Assembly (NCBI GenBank): GCA_973895155.1
Contig: OZ316896.1
Coordinates: forward strand, 11,088,795 to 11,152,794
Length of the DNA stretch: 64,000 bases
Direction of reading: 5' to 3'
DNA from: Marsupella aquatica
Taxonomy: Eukaryota > Plantae > Marchantiophyta
Shown piece after piece: positions 11,542-23,953 of the stretch. A program made the position numbers and the translations under genes. Under the pieces are notes generated by a model. That model saw only the letters and a program-made list of their open reading frames with translations. It had not been told where the DNA came from and made no database searches. Numbering within the stretch: position 1 is the first letter of the stretch; the number at the start of each line of letters is the position of its first letter.

Positions 11542-12685
11542 TTGGCAGGAAATTCAAGTGACCTCGTCGAGGAAGGTGTATATACACAGTTTCGGTCATC
11601 TCCACTTTTGTGGCACGAGCGAATTTTGAATCCCTCTCCAAATTAAATTTCCTTCGAATTACATCCATTCGAATGGGGAGGATGTCACGTGATACCCCAT
11701 CATTCATGCTGTTGGCTTCTGTAAGTCTGTGACTTTAGGCGTTTAGCTGAGCAACCTACATGAATGAGGTTGTTCTCAGGTATATTCTTGCATCATAGAT
11801 CCTACTTACTGCACCTTACTCTCACCGGTATTTCTGGTCAGAAGCCTCTGAACCCAAATTTCCCTTTTTGACACGATCAGATCGCACAAGCATCTCTAGA
11901 TGGTGGTTCAGGTCTCAAGAATTGTAGAAGATACGGTACACTTGTATATAAACTTTAAGTGGGAAGTTATGATGTGACGTAGATGAGTTCATTCACCCCC
12001 TGCCGATGCTCTGTTTTACACACTAGCTTGCGATCAATTTTGATACCGTTTTATAAGTTTTGGGAATATTGCCGAAGGCCACTTGAGCCGGAGTACTGGG
12101 GCATCAGTTGGATGATTAGCTAATCTTGGCCACCAACCTTGTGCGTTGTCCATTGTATTCTCAGATCGTCTCGTCAAAACACAAGCTGCCTCCGCAAGGG
12201 ACCTATTAAAGATTTCTGACTGCTTTGGATCTTATCAGATACCATCGACATGTCTTTTGATTAATGTGTATCACTGAAGGTACTACCATTTGTGGTCAAT
12301 GAAAAATGCTGAAAATTGCCCAGAACGGATGCACTGGTTATTGTGTGGACGTAAGTGAAGAGATTGCGGACTGATCCATTTTGATTTCTCAGCTTTTGTC
12401 TCCTCTTTCTCCGATGTCAAGTGGAACGAACTCCGACGTAGAGGACCAGAGTTTCACTAGAATAGTAAGGGTGAATCAGGTGCCTTTCAAAATTGATATC
12501 TGCCAGGTTTTGATGATCATAACTGGATTTATGTACTTTTCTCTCGTTTTGTAGCCTGATATTAAAGTACACTACACACGACAAAGAAATCGAGCACCTT
12601 TGGTCTTTCTATCTGTAATGTCTCGGTGGAGCCAAACTGAGCTGAACTCTCATGCCTCAATAAAACCATGCTCTTCTTGAGTACA

Positions 12686-12845
12686 ACATTCTTCTATGAG
12701 GTTTGTATGTTTGTTACTAGAAAATCCACTAAATAACATGTCTTCTATGAGGTTTGTATGTTTGTTACTAGAAAATCCACTAGAATAACATTTCTTCTAT
12801 GAGGTTTGTATGTTTGTTACTAGAAAATCCACTAAATAACATGTC
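12686..12845. repeat. About 50-bp tandem triplication
   Basis: TCTTCTATGAGGTTTGTATGTTTGTTACTAGAAAATCCACTA occurs three times in tandem. Confidence 0.93.
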
Positions 12846-13593
12846 AGTCACAGGTTGACTAAAGATTTGGTAGGATTGATAGGTGTGCAACTCCTAAATC
12901 ATATCCTATCAATCCTCCTGTAAAGCCTCTCACGTATAGATTTGACAAATCATATGAACATCTTTGTGAGCTACAACAATAAAATGTGTGCACTGGGCAA
13001 AACCAAGTTTCAAAATAAGACAAATATTTAGGAGTATCAGTCATAAAATCTACACCCTAGGGTCCGCTTCCTCTAGCCAAATCATTTTGGCAACCTCTTC
13101 TATTCTGATTTTAAATGTCTTTCATACAGAAGTTTTGAAAAATTTATGCATGATGAAAGAAAACAATAGTTTTATGGTTTTCCACTTGTCTTCCCTTTTC
13201 ACTAGGTGTTTGTCCTCGCTACATTTTTGCTTTCCTTGCAATGTACTTTGTTTTGAACTTTTTTAGTAGATTGGTCATACTGTACTTCTTGTAATTACGA
13301 GGCGAATCACGATGAAAAAGCACTTTTTTTCTGGAGAAAGTGGATTCCCAAACCCCATAGTGCCATGGTTTGAATAAAGGACTATTCGTTACAAAAGAGC
13401 GAGGGAGTGAATGGGGAGCTGCATCAAACTTTGTTCATACTGTCCTCACTTTTTCGGAGGTGGGAGTTGATGTGCACATTAACTAAGGAAGAGCTCGTCA
13501 GTGAGACCAACCACTACGTTACGGCACTGCACTTAATTGCAATCCCTGGACGCAAGGCAAATCAGCAAAATCCATTGACAGGAAAACAGCAGG

Positions 13594-14558
13594 ATGGTCG
13601 GGAGCGGTGCTAAGCTAGTGAAGGCCCCTTTCAACACGAAGTTGTTGCAGTTCATAGTCTGTCCGTTGGCGAAGACACCCCTCAGGCAAGTAAATTCTCG
13701 GTTTTGTGCGCGTCTCTCACTTGTCGTAGCTTCTTCTTTTTCTACTTCTCCACCCATTTACGCATTATGAGTGTGATTTGCTCTGCTTTGTTTTGCTAAT
13801 GAGATACAGACACAAAATTGGACAATGGCTGGAGTAACATTTATCGCCAAGGGGAGATTTTAAAAAACATTTGTCACAGGGGCTAAATGATTTTAGGGTA
13901 TCTAAGATAACGTGAAAAAGAAACTATGATTGCTGAAGGCAGAGCCAGGAGTTTTCGATGAAGACTGAAGTGACTGACTGGACGTGCCCAAGCTGTGAAT
14001 CACAGGTACTGTGAGAAATCGCAGCAGCTCTTCAACGATGCAATCGGTGTGGCTTATCCGGTGAGTGATTGTGGTCTGTGAAGAGTTCTGACTTCTGAGT
14101 TTCAAAAGAAATCTCGCGTTAGATTTTTGAGGCTAATCTCATCCCCTTCAGTTGAGACTCAACTGTCTTATTCGCAGTTAGAAATGCAATCAATTGGCTT
14201 TACATTCTCGTTAATATAAATTCTTAGACTATAGTCTGTTGTCAACCCTCTGTTGCTTGTGGTCCTGTTTTCAGGGATTATAAAAACTCCTCATCTTTTC
14301 CTTTTTACTCCATCCAGCACTTCCGCTGTGATTTTGCTGTGCGATGATGCTTTTCATGGACTGAAGCACTGTATTCTTCTGAAGTTCCTCAGTACCTTAG
14401 AGCCTGAATGGACAAGTTGAGATGATTCTTGCGATATCCGGGACTAATTGAATTATACAATATGTTTCGTGCAGATTGTCGACGGCATTCCCTTGCTCTC
14501 ACCTACACATGGGCGTATTTTGGAGAGTGTGAAGGATGCGGATGCGCCTAAATCCTAA
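13594..14558 (+). CDS. PREY/PYURF-like (UPF0434, Trm112-like) small protein, 76 aa, 3 coding exons
   Basis: Exons 13594-13685, 14006-14060 and 14475-14558 give MVGSGAKLVKAPFNTKLLQFIVCPLAKTPLRYCEKSQQLFNDAIGVAYPIVDGIPLLSPTHGRILESVKDADAPKS*. LxxIVCPLxKxPL and YPIVDGIP are Trm112-like family motifs. Intron 1 has a GC donor (AG|GCAAGT). Confidence 0.9.
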
Positions 14559-16400
14559 CTAGACGCTTCCGGTAAAATTTGCGGCAGAGGCCAAAGGAAA
14601 GGTAATGTCTAAAGATTTATCAAAGATTCCCACCAGGCGCATCCGGTGAGATGAGCATTCACAGTTACACGTCCTTAGCCATGTCACAAAAGGGGAGGTA
14701 TCAGACCTAATATTTGTTCAAAACAGAAGTAAAATGTTGATGCTTGGTCTTCCTCAATTACAGTGATCTATTCCGCGCACATCTGTCATCGATCACATTG
14801 TTGGATAATCCACTTCTCTGATCTGAAGCTCAAGACTTCTGGCCTACGAATGCCGACTTTTTTTTAATTAAATCTCACTACATCAGGATAGAAAGGATCA
14901 AAATTGTTTACATCATCACCTGTTGTCTTTACTGAGCTGTTGCTCAATTTGATACGTACCCAACTTTGACCTTAGTTGTCCCGGGGTCTGCGTAAATGTG
15001 TTTCATGCTCACCAGTGGGTACTCTTTCTGCCATTCATACAGGTAATCGTTGCAGACACCAGTCTGACTGTAGTAAACAGTCACAGGCCCAGTATTGTGG
15101 ATGTCAGTTCTCGGCCACAAACTTGGCTATTCGCATCTAGTTCGTAATCAGGACAGGGCCGGTGCTAGCTCTCCAAGAGATTGGACATCTCGTTCATGAC
15201 AGTTGCTCGGAACTTCAACCCCTTATGAAACATGAGGCAAATAGCTACGATAGGGTGCTCACAATTGACGGCCAGTAGTTGCATCTGGGAGGAACTTAGT
15301 AAAGAAGTATGGTTCGTCTTGGCAGGAAATTGGTCAGATAGACGGCATGTGTGTAAAAAAGCTTCATCATTTGAAGAAAAGTATCATGTTTGGGCCCGCA
15401 TATAATAATTTTACAGGCAGTTATTGGTGAGACACCTGTGACACTTTGAGATGACGATCTCTGCACCTCCCACACAGTCGAAGAGCATCAGAGGCCGGAG
15501 CCAAAGAGTCGCTACACCGTTCGGGAGCAAGAGCGCAGGTGCCATTGACGAGTTTGTCTGTGAGATATCGAGGGATAGTTTGTAAAACATTTTACAATAT
15601 GTTAATGTCTTCGAAGGCAGAAAATTGATGTCAACTTGTCATGCCCAGACATCATGTTTTACCAACCTTTTCAGTGCTATCTTCAAGATACTGAAAAATA
15701 CGCACAACGCCTGTTGCATGGACCTTTTAGAAGGGTCTAGTTAAATTGTCAGTTAACATGAGCCGGGAAGACGAGTACGTTGTTTCGTCCATGACAAGAT
15801 AACTCCGCCATGTACACGCCAATCCCTGACGCCAGTGCCAATGTTGAATAACGCCGCCGAGAAGCTGCACACTGACTTTCAATGCCATTTGCTGGCCTAC
15901 CGTGCATCTGAACATTTGACTTTCGATGCCAAGGTCTGGCCTGCCCATGTCATTGTTGTCCAATGAGCTGCTTGACAGCTTCATTGTCAGAAGTCTCCCC
16001 CCCCCACACCAACAAAACCCCTTAGGTGTATGCCAAGAACCCTTGTAATTTTTCCAAATTCCTTTACTGGTTGGCTGCAGGTTGAAGATGGGTGAATGTT
16101 GACAAAAGAATGAATTTTTGGTCTCCAAAACAGCTAGATATGAATTCCACGTACCAGAACTAGTCTCCCTTCCTCAACAGCGTTCTGCATTTATGGCAGG
16201 TCTTCGTTTTCCTTCGATCTGGAACAAGTATCTGATTTTAACTTCCTGATCAATTTGGCCGTGCCATGTGACAGCTTCAAGTCCGCGGTTGTCACGGGGA
16301 ACGAAGTATGGAGTGCCAATCTGTCGTTGTCCAAATACTCATGGCAAGTAGAGAAAATGCCTACAAAAGTGTTTGGCCGGTGAAAGATACCTAAAACTCG

Positions 16401-18068
16401 TCATAGACATAAAAGACTGTAAAATATGAGAGGAATAAATGCATTATCTAACTGGAGGGTGTAAGCTTCTAACAGACCTCCAATAGTAGAAGCTGCTAAG
16501 AGGGACCAAAATCCGTGGAGCACAGCAGGGTTTGCTGTCCGTGAAAGTATTGCCGTAAGTAATAGACAGGAGACTAAAACAGAGGATATACCGCTGACTG
16601 CACCTTCTAAAGTTTTCTTACTCTTTGAACTAACATGTATAGATCCAAAGTTATATCCTATGACCGATGCCATTGTGTCACCAATGCCAAGGCTCAAGAT
16701 CCCAGCGTACGATGCTAATGGATGACCGCCAGGTCCAGAATTCAGCCACACGGGCAAAGCACAGCCCAGAAGAAGAGAAAAATGGCTGATGATAAGAACA
16801 CCGGAGTCACGGTGATCTCTGAATGGTTTCATAAATTTTTCAATCAGGTGACCAATTGGAGATAAATGCCACACTCGAATCATCTCAATGACAAGGAAAC
16901 CTGCCAGGGCAACCCCAAAGGCTAGCTGTAGAAATTCTGGATCAAGCAGAAGTGCTGGTACAAACATGATGACGATCATTATATGATAGAGCTTGCGAAC
17001 TAGAATCTGAGGAACTCGTCCCGATACTGAAATACGGTACAGATGAGGTAAGGATGCCAAGATTACTCCGACCCAGTAGACACTGAGAAGAATTCTTTTG
17101 ACAGGTTCTTGAAAGACAAACTGAATTGCCCAAAACAGAGGGTTAATGCGCACGCCAGTGACTATGCCCATCCATCTTGGAATGGCCGCAAATATCATCA
17201 ATACAAGAACTATGTAGAACAATCCAGCTTTGTAAATGACATGAAAACCATCTTTCCCCCTCCTTACGAAGTGAACGAACATAGAAGGAATGCTTCGATA
17301 CAAAACTTGATAAATCAGGGGAACGAGAAGCACTCCCAAAATGGTCCCCTGCATCACGGTGCCCATCAGATGTTGTCCAGGATCAAGATCCCCAGCTTCA
17401 TCCGTGCATGCGGAAAGTACCCTTGGAAGAGACCACGCTGCAGCATTTGCTCCATACAAAACAATGCCCTCAACAACGATCATGACCTCACCCACAGTGC
17501 CAGAGAAAGGAAACCTTCGGAGAACATAACTGAACAGACCCTTGCCTCCCATAATATAAACGCCAGCCCAAAGACCAATCCAATTTAAGCTAAACTTCTG
17601 CCCGGGTGTCATGAGGAGCAGCACAGCAACATTGGAATACTCGAGAAACGCTGAACATCTCCAACTGCCAACGCCGTGCTTCTGCAAGAAGCTTATTACC
17701 ATCATCAGCATGCTCGTGCTGCAAGCCAATGACAACCAAAACTCCAACCTCAGCCTCTCTACTGCCGCAGGCGAGATTCCATCAGGGACGTCGAAGCCGC
17801 GGAGTAGCTCCACCAACCGGGCAGCCAATACTATAGGCAGGGTGACGGCGCCGAGTAGGATTCCCGTTGACAGATTTGGCCTGGGCTTTAACTGCTGCAG
17901 GAGTCGGCTCCTCCAACTGGCGAACTCCAACCCGAGCGCCAACGTGGCCAAGGTGACGAGCCCCCCTGCCTCCCAAGTGAGAGATTCAAACCCCAAGAGA
18001 GCCCACACTACTCTCGCTACAACCCCGGTCACCACCAGGGCTTCGAGGGCAGCCTCCGAGTTCAGCAT
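16401..18068 (-). CDS. DOK1: Dolichol kinase (polytopic membrane, CTP-dependent), intronless CDS
   Basis: Motifs ILVRKLYH, FRDHRDSGVLIISHFSLLLGCALPVWL, GILSLGIGDTMAS, KKTLEG and LLEAYTLQLDNAFIPL match SEC59/DOK1. The first in-frame ATG is at 18068; the track ORF starts at a TTG at 18119. Confidence 0.93.
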   Translation of the reverse strand: MLNSEAALEALVVTGVVARVVWALLGFESLTWEAGGLVTLATLALGLEFASWRSRLLQQLKPRPNLSTGILLGAVTLPIVLAARLVELLRGFDVPDGISPAAVERLRLEFWLSLACSTSMLMMVISFLQKHGVGSWRCSAFLEYSNVAVLLLMTPGQKFSLNWIGLWAGVYIMGGKGLFSYVLRRFPFSGTVGEVMIVVEGIVLYGANAAAWSLPRVLSACTDEAGDLDPGQHLMGTVMQGTILGVLLVPLIYQVLYRSIPSMFVHFVRRGKDGFHVIYKAGLFYIVLVLMIFAAIPRWMGIVTGVRINPLFWAIQFVFQEPVKRILLSVYWVGVILASLPHLYRISVSGRVPQILVRKLYHIMIVIMFVPALLLDPEFLQLAFGVALAGFLVIEMIRVWHLSPIGHLIEKFMKPFRDHRDSGVLIISHFSLLLGCALPVWLNSGPGGHPLASYAGILSLGIGDTMASVIGYNFGSIHVSSKSKKTLEGAVSGISSVLVSCLLLTAILSRTANPAVLHGFWSLLAASTIGGLLEAYTLQLDNAFIPLIFYSLLCL

Positions 18069-19320
18069 AATCGCAGATGTGAGTTGAACAATTGAAGCTT
18101 CTGAAGTAAGCTCTGTCAATTCGTCCAGGAGTCTGGACTTCCGGACATTGTGCTCAAAGAATAGCCACTTCTAGAAAATCCAGCCTTTCCGTGCGATGCG
18201 GTGAATAGATTCTCCTGGACGACATTGCTTGAATTTGTTCTCTGATTGATGAAATTGGTGTCGCTGCTCAAGAGCCATACTTGTCAGTAAGGGGCAACAT
18301 AATGTAAGAGTGGCTAGGTTTCCCAACCTTGCATCAACGTCAATCCGTTTGCTTTTCTTCCAGCAATTCGGCACCGAGGGTTTTCCGCATCAGCACTGAT
18401 CACGGGAGGGTTCAGAATTCAGAACACGACTAGTCCTTCCGACAGCACAAAACTCTTTGGCGGCATCCATCTCACAGCTGCGAATTTCACGCGACATATT
18501 GCCAATTGATCAAACCAGAACAGACCTACGTCTCCCAATCCAATCTTCTGCACTATTTCCTTTCGTCCAGCCTTCTATTGGACATCCACCAAAAGCCGTT
18601 ATGCTCACAGGGGTGCATTGACGTGGTAACCAATTGATCAAACGATAACACACCTGCTTCTCCCAATTCAGTCTTCCGCGCGCTACTTCTTTTTCTGTCC
18701 GTCCAGCCGTTTCTTGGAAATCCAACCAAAATGATCTCACTCCAAAAGAGCATTGGAAGCGAGCGAGCGGGTCATCATGTTACACAACCAGTAATTGTCG
18801 GCACAACACATCCCGATCGACGACGCTACTCTGTTCTTCACGATCGTTCTCATAAGTCTTTTCTTGCAAGCAGCTGCAGTTTCTGAACCAAGATGCCCGG
18901 CCCTCGTAAAATTTGCACGATGTGTATGCGATTTCAAGGAATTGGCCCAGCTTCTTTTCGACAGAACATGTTGTACTGGAAATCTCCCCGGCCAGCACCC
19001 CGACTACGCCCAATTGGAATTCGTCACACCGCCTGCCGTTGCTGTAACTGTGTACTTTCGCGAAGTGGAGAGAGAGCAGAGCAAAGCAGAGGAACTTCGA
19101 AAGGCAACGGTATCTATGGAAAGAAGACCAAAGGTAGAACAAATCTTATTAATAAACCTCGAACATAAGCTACTTACCCCTTCATTTACATTAATTTTCA
19201 TTGTGTTAATATATGAAATATCTGTGCTTTTGTTTTCTTATTGTGTCCTCCTTCTCTAGTTGCCCCTTGAAGGTGCAAAACTAAAATGTCTCCCGGTTTG
19301 GTGCATTTTTTTGGTTTGGG

Positions 19321-19900
19321 GGTGTTATATATTTTATTTGCCTTGTTGTATATATTGAGGTTGTGAGTTTTCTATCATGATAGTAAAGTAGCCCGAAGCC
19401 TTCGCGTTGCACAAAAGATGTCAAGGAGAAAAATGATGGCAAGGTGAGAAAAATATATAAAGATGAGAAAACTACTGGGGAAGAGATGCCAGGAGATAAA
19501 AGATGTCGAGGTGAGGAAAACATGGTGGTGTTATATATTTTATTTGCATTGTTATATAAATTGAGGTGGTGAGTTTTCTATCGTAGTAAAGTAGCCCGAT
19601 GCCTTTGCGTTGCACAAAAGATATCAAGGAGAGAAAAGATGGCAGGGTGAGAAAAAATATATAAAGATGTGGAAAAGACCAGGGAAAAGATGCTCGGAGA
19701 GAAAAGATGTCAAGGTGAGGAAAACATGTCAAGCCATGTGAGAAAAGATCTCAAGAAGATGCCAAGGAGAGAAAATATGTAGATAGTGAGAAAAATGTCA
19801 TGGTGAGATAAAGATGTCAATGTGAGAAAAATATGTTAAAGAGAGATAAAAATAATATGTCAAGGCAAGAAAAAATGTCAAGACAAGAGAAAAACATATA
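19321..19900. repeat. About 205-bp duplication followed by degenerate AG-rich short repeats (probable TE remnant)
   Basis: GGTGTTATAT...GAGTTTTCTATC...AAAGTAGCCCGA...GCGTTGCACAAAAGAT occurs at about 19321 and 19527; repeated AAGATGTCAAGG-type motifs follow. Confidence 0.75.
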
Positions 19901-20914
19901 AATTTTGCAATGCACATGTTGAGGTGTGTTATGAGTGATCCCGACCATAGAGTTGTAGTGGTAGTGTTCAATAAATTGTGCTTTGCAAATAGAAAATGGA
20001 GACGTGAGATAGTGGTCACCGTACTATAGAGTCCAAGCACAATCGAGTGACAGGAATTTTGTTGACTTTGAAATATTTAGAGAAAAACATTTTTTTTCTA
20101 TATTTTTTTTCTATTCAAAAGTTATTCAAAATTTTAAATTTTAAATTTTTAAACTGAAATGTATAGAAATTTAATTAATTAAGCTTTTTAATCTCATGCA
20201 AGTGAGGGCAGGCTAAGAGTGTATAGATAGATCTAAGAGTGTAAAAAAAGAATATTTTGATGAAGGGTCATGATTGGTTCACTCCTTTCTTCTTGCTTGG
20301 AAAACAAAGTACACCAAATATAATGCACTTTTGGTTTATTCCTTCCACTTTTTCAGGTTTTAATTTTCTCCACACCAAAGAGCATGCCAAATTTGAATGA
20401 GGACCACTCCATTTTTTTGATCCAACCATGATTATAGTTTTTGATGATTAAAGTTTTTGATGGCTCAGGCACAATCTAGTAGTTGTACCAGGCCTGTAAT
20501 GCAGGCATAGGCATTTCATACTTAAAGAGATTGTTCTCTATGAATGGCTTTACATTTGAGCCCTCAAGTATAGACTGAGACAATTGAGATAGTTCAAATA
20601 TTGATCCAGAATTCTAACTAAGCAGAACTTCAAGTCATCTAGATGGATATCAACTCCAAACTTACTAGCACAAAATCTCCATCTAGTTTTTAGTAGAAAT
20701 CCTCAAGTGGAGGAAACTCAGCCAAACAAGTTGTTCTCATTGAGGAGAGGATAGTACGTACAGCAGCTTCCACCCCCCTTGCCATCCCTGGTGCTGTTAC
20801 AAGGTTTAAAAGGAAAAAAAAGAAAAATGAGAAAAACAAAGACAAAAACCATGGTCACTTTGCTGTACTTTAGTGGTTGTTGTTGCTGCTGTTTTGTGCC
20901 TGGGTTTGCACCAT

Positions 20915-21190
20915 GACATCTTTTACTTGATGACATTTTTTATGCAATGAGATATATGTTGTGCACCATGATATTTATCTCAACTACATCTTTAGCACAA
21001 CATCATCTATCATGCACTGACATCTTTCATTGAACAATATTTCAGTAAACTACATCTTTTGTGCAATGATCTCTTTTAGTCAATGACATCTTTAATACAA
21101 AGACATGTTTATGCAACATCTTTTGTATTTTAGTTAACGACATCTTTAATGCAACAACATGTTTATGCAACAATTCTCTGTGCAATGCAG
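20915..21190. repeat. Degenerate short-period GACATCTTT/GCAATGA array; a similar inverse-oriented tract lies at about 32085-32490
   Basis: Repeated ACATCTTT..TGCAA motifs with a period of about 20 nt. Confidence 0.6.
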
Positions 21191-22082
21191 GGGGATTGAA
21201 CTTGTTTTGTCATGATGGGGGGTTGGGGGCTACAGAGGGTGAATAGAAAGAGAAGTTAATGTTTACCAACCCAATAGTTGGCTACTAAATAGGGCTTTAG
21301 TTTGGCTTAGGGGACATTCTTTGGTACTCCTGGGGTTTGTCCTTTGAGTTCTCCCGTTTGTTGGGTCTTTTGGCCTGGGGATCCTATCTCCTTGGTTTTG
21401 GGTTTGATCCTTTTTGCTCCCCTTTTTGCTTTGGTAGTATATGATATAAATAATGGTTGGCTGAACCTAGTTATAAAATGAAATGAAGTATATTGTAATT
21501 TTGGTGGGAAGCCAAAATCAGGGCCACAATCTGGATGGCATAGTTGCTTGGGGCGGGGGAGCTGCAAGTCGGTAGAGAGGGACATACATTCGTGAATGCC
21601 AGCCCGGTTTGCCCAGGACCTGCAAGAAGCAATAGATTTTAAATTAATTTTAGGAAATAAGGCAAGGCTTCAGTTTCTAAAGTTTGTTCATTAATTTAAA
21701 AAATAACATATACACTGAAAAATCTATGTCTACATGAGGATGCTTAGAAGACTCTTAGAATCTTATTAATAAAGCACAATGCAAAGCTATTTTTGAGGGC
21801 TACTGCATAGACTCAGTGAAGACTCTAGACTGTAACCCCCAATAAGAACAAAACAAAAGAGTAGAGTGAAAAAAAAACAGAGATGGGGCAAAAATGAACC
21901 AGAAATAGTATGTCGTCATTTTTATTGCATGATTTTTTAATTGTCTTGGTCTCTATTCATGTTCAAGGACTTAGGGGGCAATAATCAAATTAGGGGTGAA
22001 AATGGGGATGGGGGCGGAGTAGTGTCGGGAGTACTCACCACATTTGAAAATAGGGCCGCTTGTGACAGAGTCTGTCGAGTAG

Positions 22083-22200
22083 GGGCTGCCTGTGAAGAGA
22101 GTCAATTGAGTGTGAAGAGAGTCAATTGAGTGTGAAGAGAGTCAATGGATTGGGCTGCCTGTGAAGAGAGTCAATTGAGTGTGAAGAGAGTCAATGGATT
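22083..22200. repeat. 20-bp tandem repeat GTGAAGAGAGTCAATTGAGT (5 copies)
   Basis: Directly visible. Confidence 0.92.
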
Positions 22201-22418
22201 AGAGAGACCACATGTGAAAAGATCAGGTGCTGTCATTGAGGGTCTAGGGCTATGGTGAAATGGCCACCACGTCTTCAATTACTTGCAGAAGGTTTTGGTC
22301 AGCTGCTCTCAGATTGAGGGTTGACACTTTTTGATATTCAATCATCTTTATTCATGTTCAGAGAACGGGTAGTCAACGGGTAGTCAGGCTACTGTACATG
22401 ACAAAATTCTTTCTTACA

Positions 22419-22885
22419 CTTCACAAGGACCCGACAATATTTTGTAAGTAATGCCCACCTAAAATGTGTGTAATTACTTATTTTTGAGCTGATAGAGATG
22501 ACACTACGATATTCTACGTTTCCTTCTTAAGCTTCACAAGGACCCCACAATATTTTGTCAGTCATGCCACCCAAAATCCTAGTAATTAATTATTTTTGAG
22601 CTAGCAGAGATGACACTAAGATATTCTCCGTTTCTTTTTTAGGCTTCAGAAGGACCCCACAATCTTTTGTCAGTCATCATACCACCCAAAATCTTAATAA
22701 TTAATAAGTTTTTGAGCTGACAGAGATGACACTACGATATTCTTTCGTTCAGTAGGTTGAGACCAATGAAATTCGATCACAACTTTGGTCACACACCTAC
22801 AGTCGGTCCTGGCCACCCAAAATTTCAATAATTCTTTAACTTTAGAGCTGACAGATATGACATTAAGATTTTCTACATTCAGTCA
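22419..22885. repeat. About 112-bp tandem array (3 full units plus 1 partial)
   Basis: CTTCACAAGGACCC...TTTTTGAGCT...AGAGATGACACTA.GATATTCT recurs at about 22419, 22532 and 22643, with a partial copy near 22810. Confidence 0.88.
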
Positions 22886-23953
22886 GTAGTGTGTGACCAA
22901 AGCTTCGGTCCCAGACAGTTTAAAGCCCTTATCCGTAGAACGGGACCTAGTTAGTTTACTTTCCCCCTTAGTTTATCTCCCGGTTTGGCGTTAGTGTCTT
23001 TGTGAAGGTGTGATACATATCTTAGTTACAAGTAAGTTCTCGATCCTTGTTCCCGTGCACGACCACTTTAGTACGAAGTGCAAGGAAGGTCAATGATACT
23101 CTTCACCAGCGTGGACAGGTGACAACCACACTGAGCACGACCACTTTCCAAATATTTCATCCCATAACAGTACAGTTGAGGAGTACATTACCATCAAAAG
23201 CAGACAGAACTGGCTCATCAGACCTCGCAAAAAGGCCCATCTGGAATGGTGGAGACCAAGAGATCGAGAGATCGAGGAATCTTGAGGACTACAGCTGCTG
23301 CAGAGAAATCGTCCCCAGCTTCCATATAACGATGTCGTGAGCAATCGCTATGAGGAAAGTAAACAAAACACAACCATGTTACGATTCCCACCGACTCGTG
23401 AAGGGGTTCAAATGAGTAATGAACGAAAACGACAACCATGTTACAATCCCCCCCCCGACTCGTGAAGGGGTTCGAAGTCTCATCATGTTGACATGATCAC
23501 ACTGGCTCCTAGAAAAAGAAATACTGATGACGCTATCCAACGTCGAGAGAACGCTCTAAATATGGGTACGAACCCTCCAAATACACTCTTCAATCCAGAA
23601 ATTAATCGTGTAATTATCTGTGTACAGAATACACCGGGCTTTTGAGGAGCTCTTGAAGTGAGATAGATGTCAACCTCAATGTTCACTCTCAATCTCAAAT
23701 TCAGTGTCAGCTCTTGTCTGGGCCCTCACATGTCTGAAACAATATCGAGTATTCTATAGCCGGGTTTGCTTTAGCAGCGTAGCTTCCATCGATGACATTT
23801 GGAAACCTATGATACACACCAGCAGCTTAATTAAGCTGCGCAGCTCTATTACTGCCCTGAGAAAGATGATGAGCTGTGAGTCGATTGTCAAATTTGGCCA
23901 TGGCCAGTCGAATGCAAGACTCACTGAAGTCTGTGTAGTCCAGATCGATCAGA

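Noticed and set aside
14560-16400. Search for a PIG-Y-like ORF downstream of the PREY-like gene, as in the human bicistron
   Set aside because: No small two-TM ORF with PIG-Y features was found by eye.
18780-19259. Overlapping 120-154-aa ORFs upstream of dolichol kinase
   Set aside because: Non-ATG or weak starts and no recognisable motifs; the CT-rich minus strand looks like the DOK1 5' leader.
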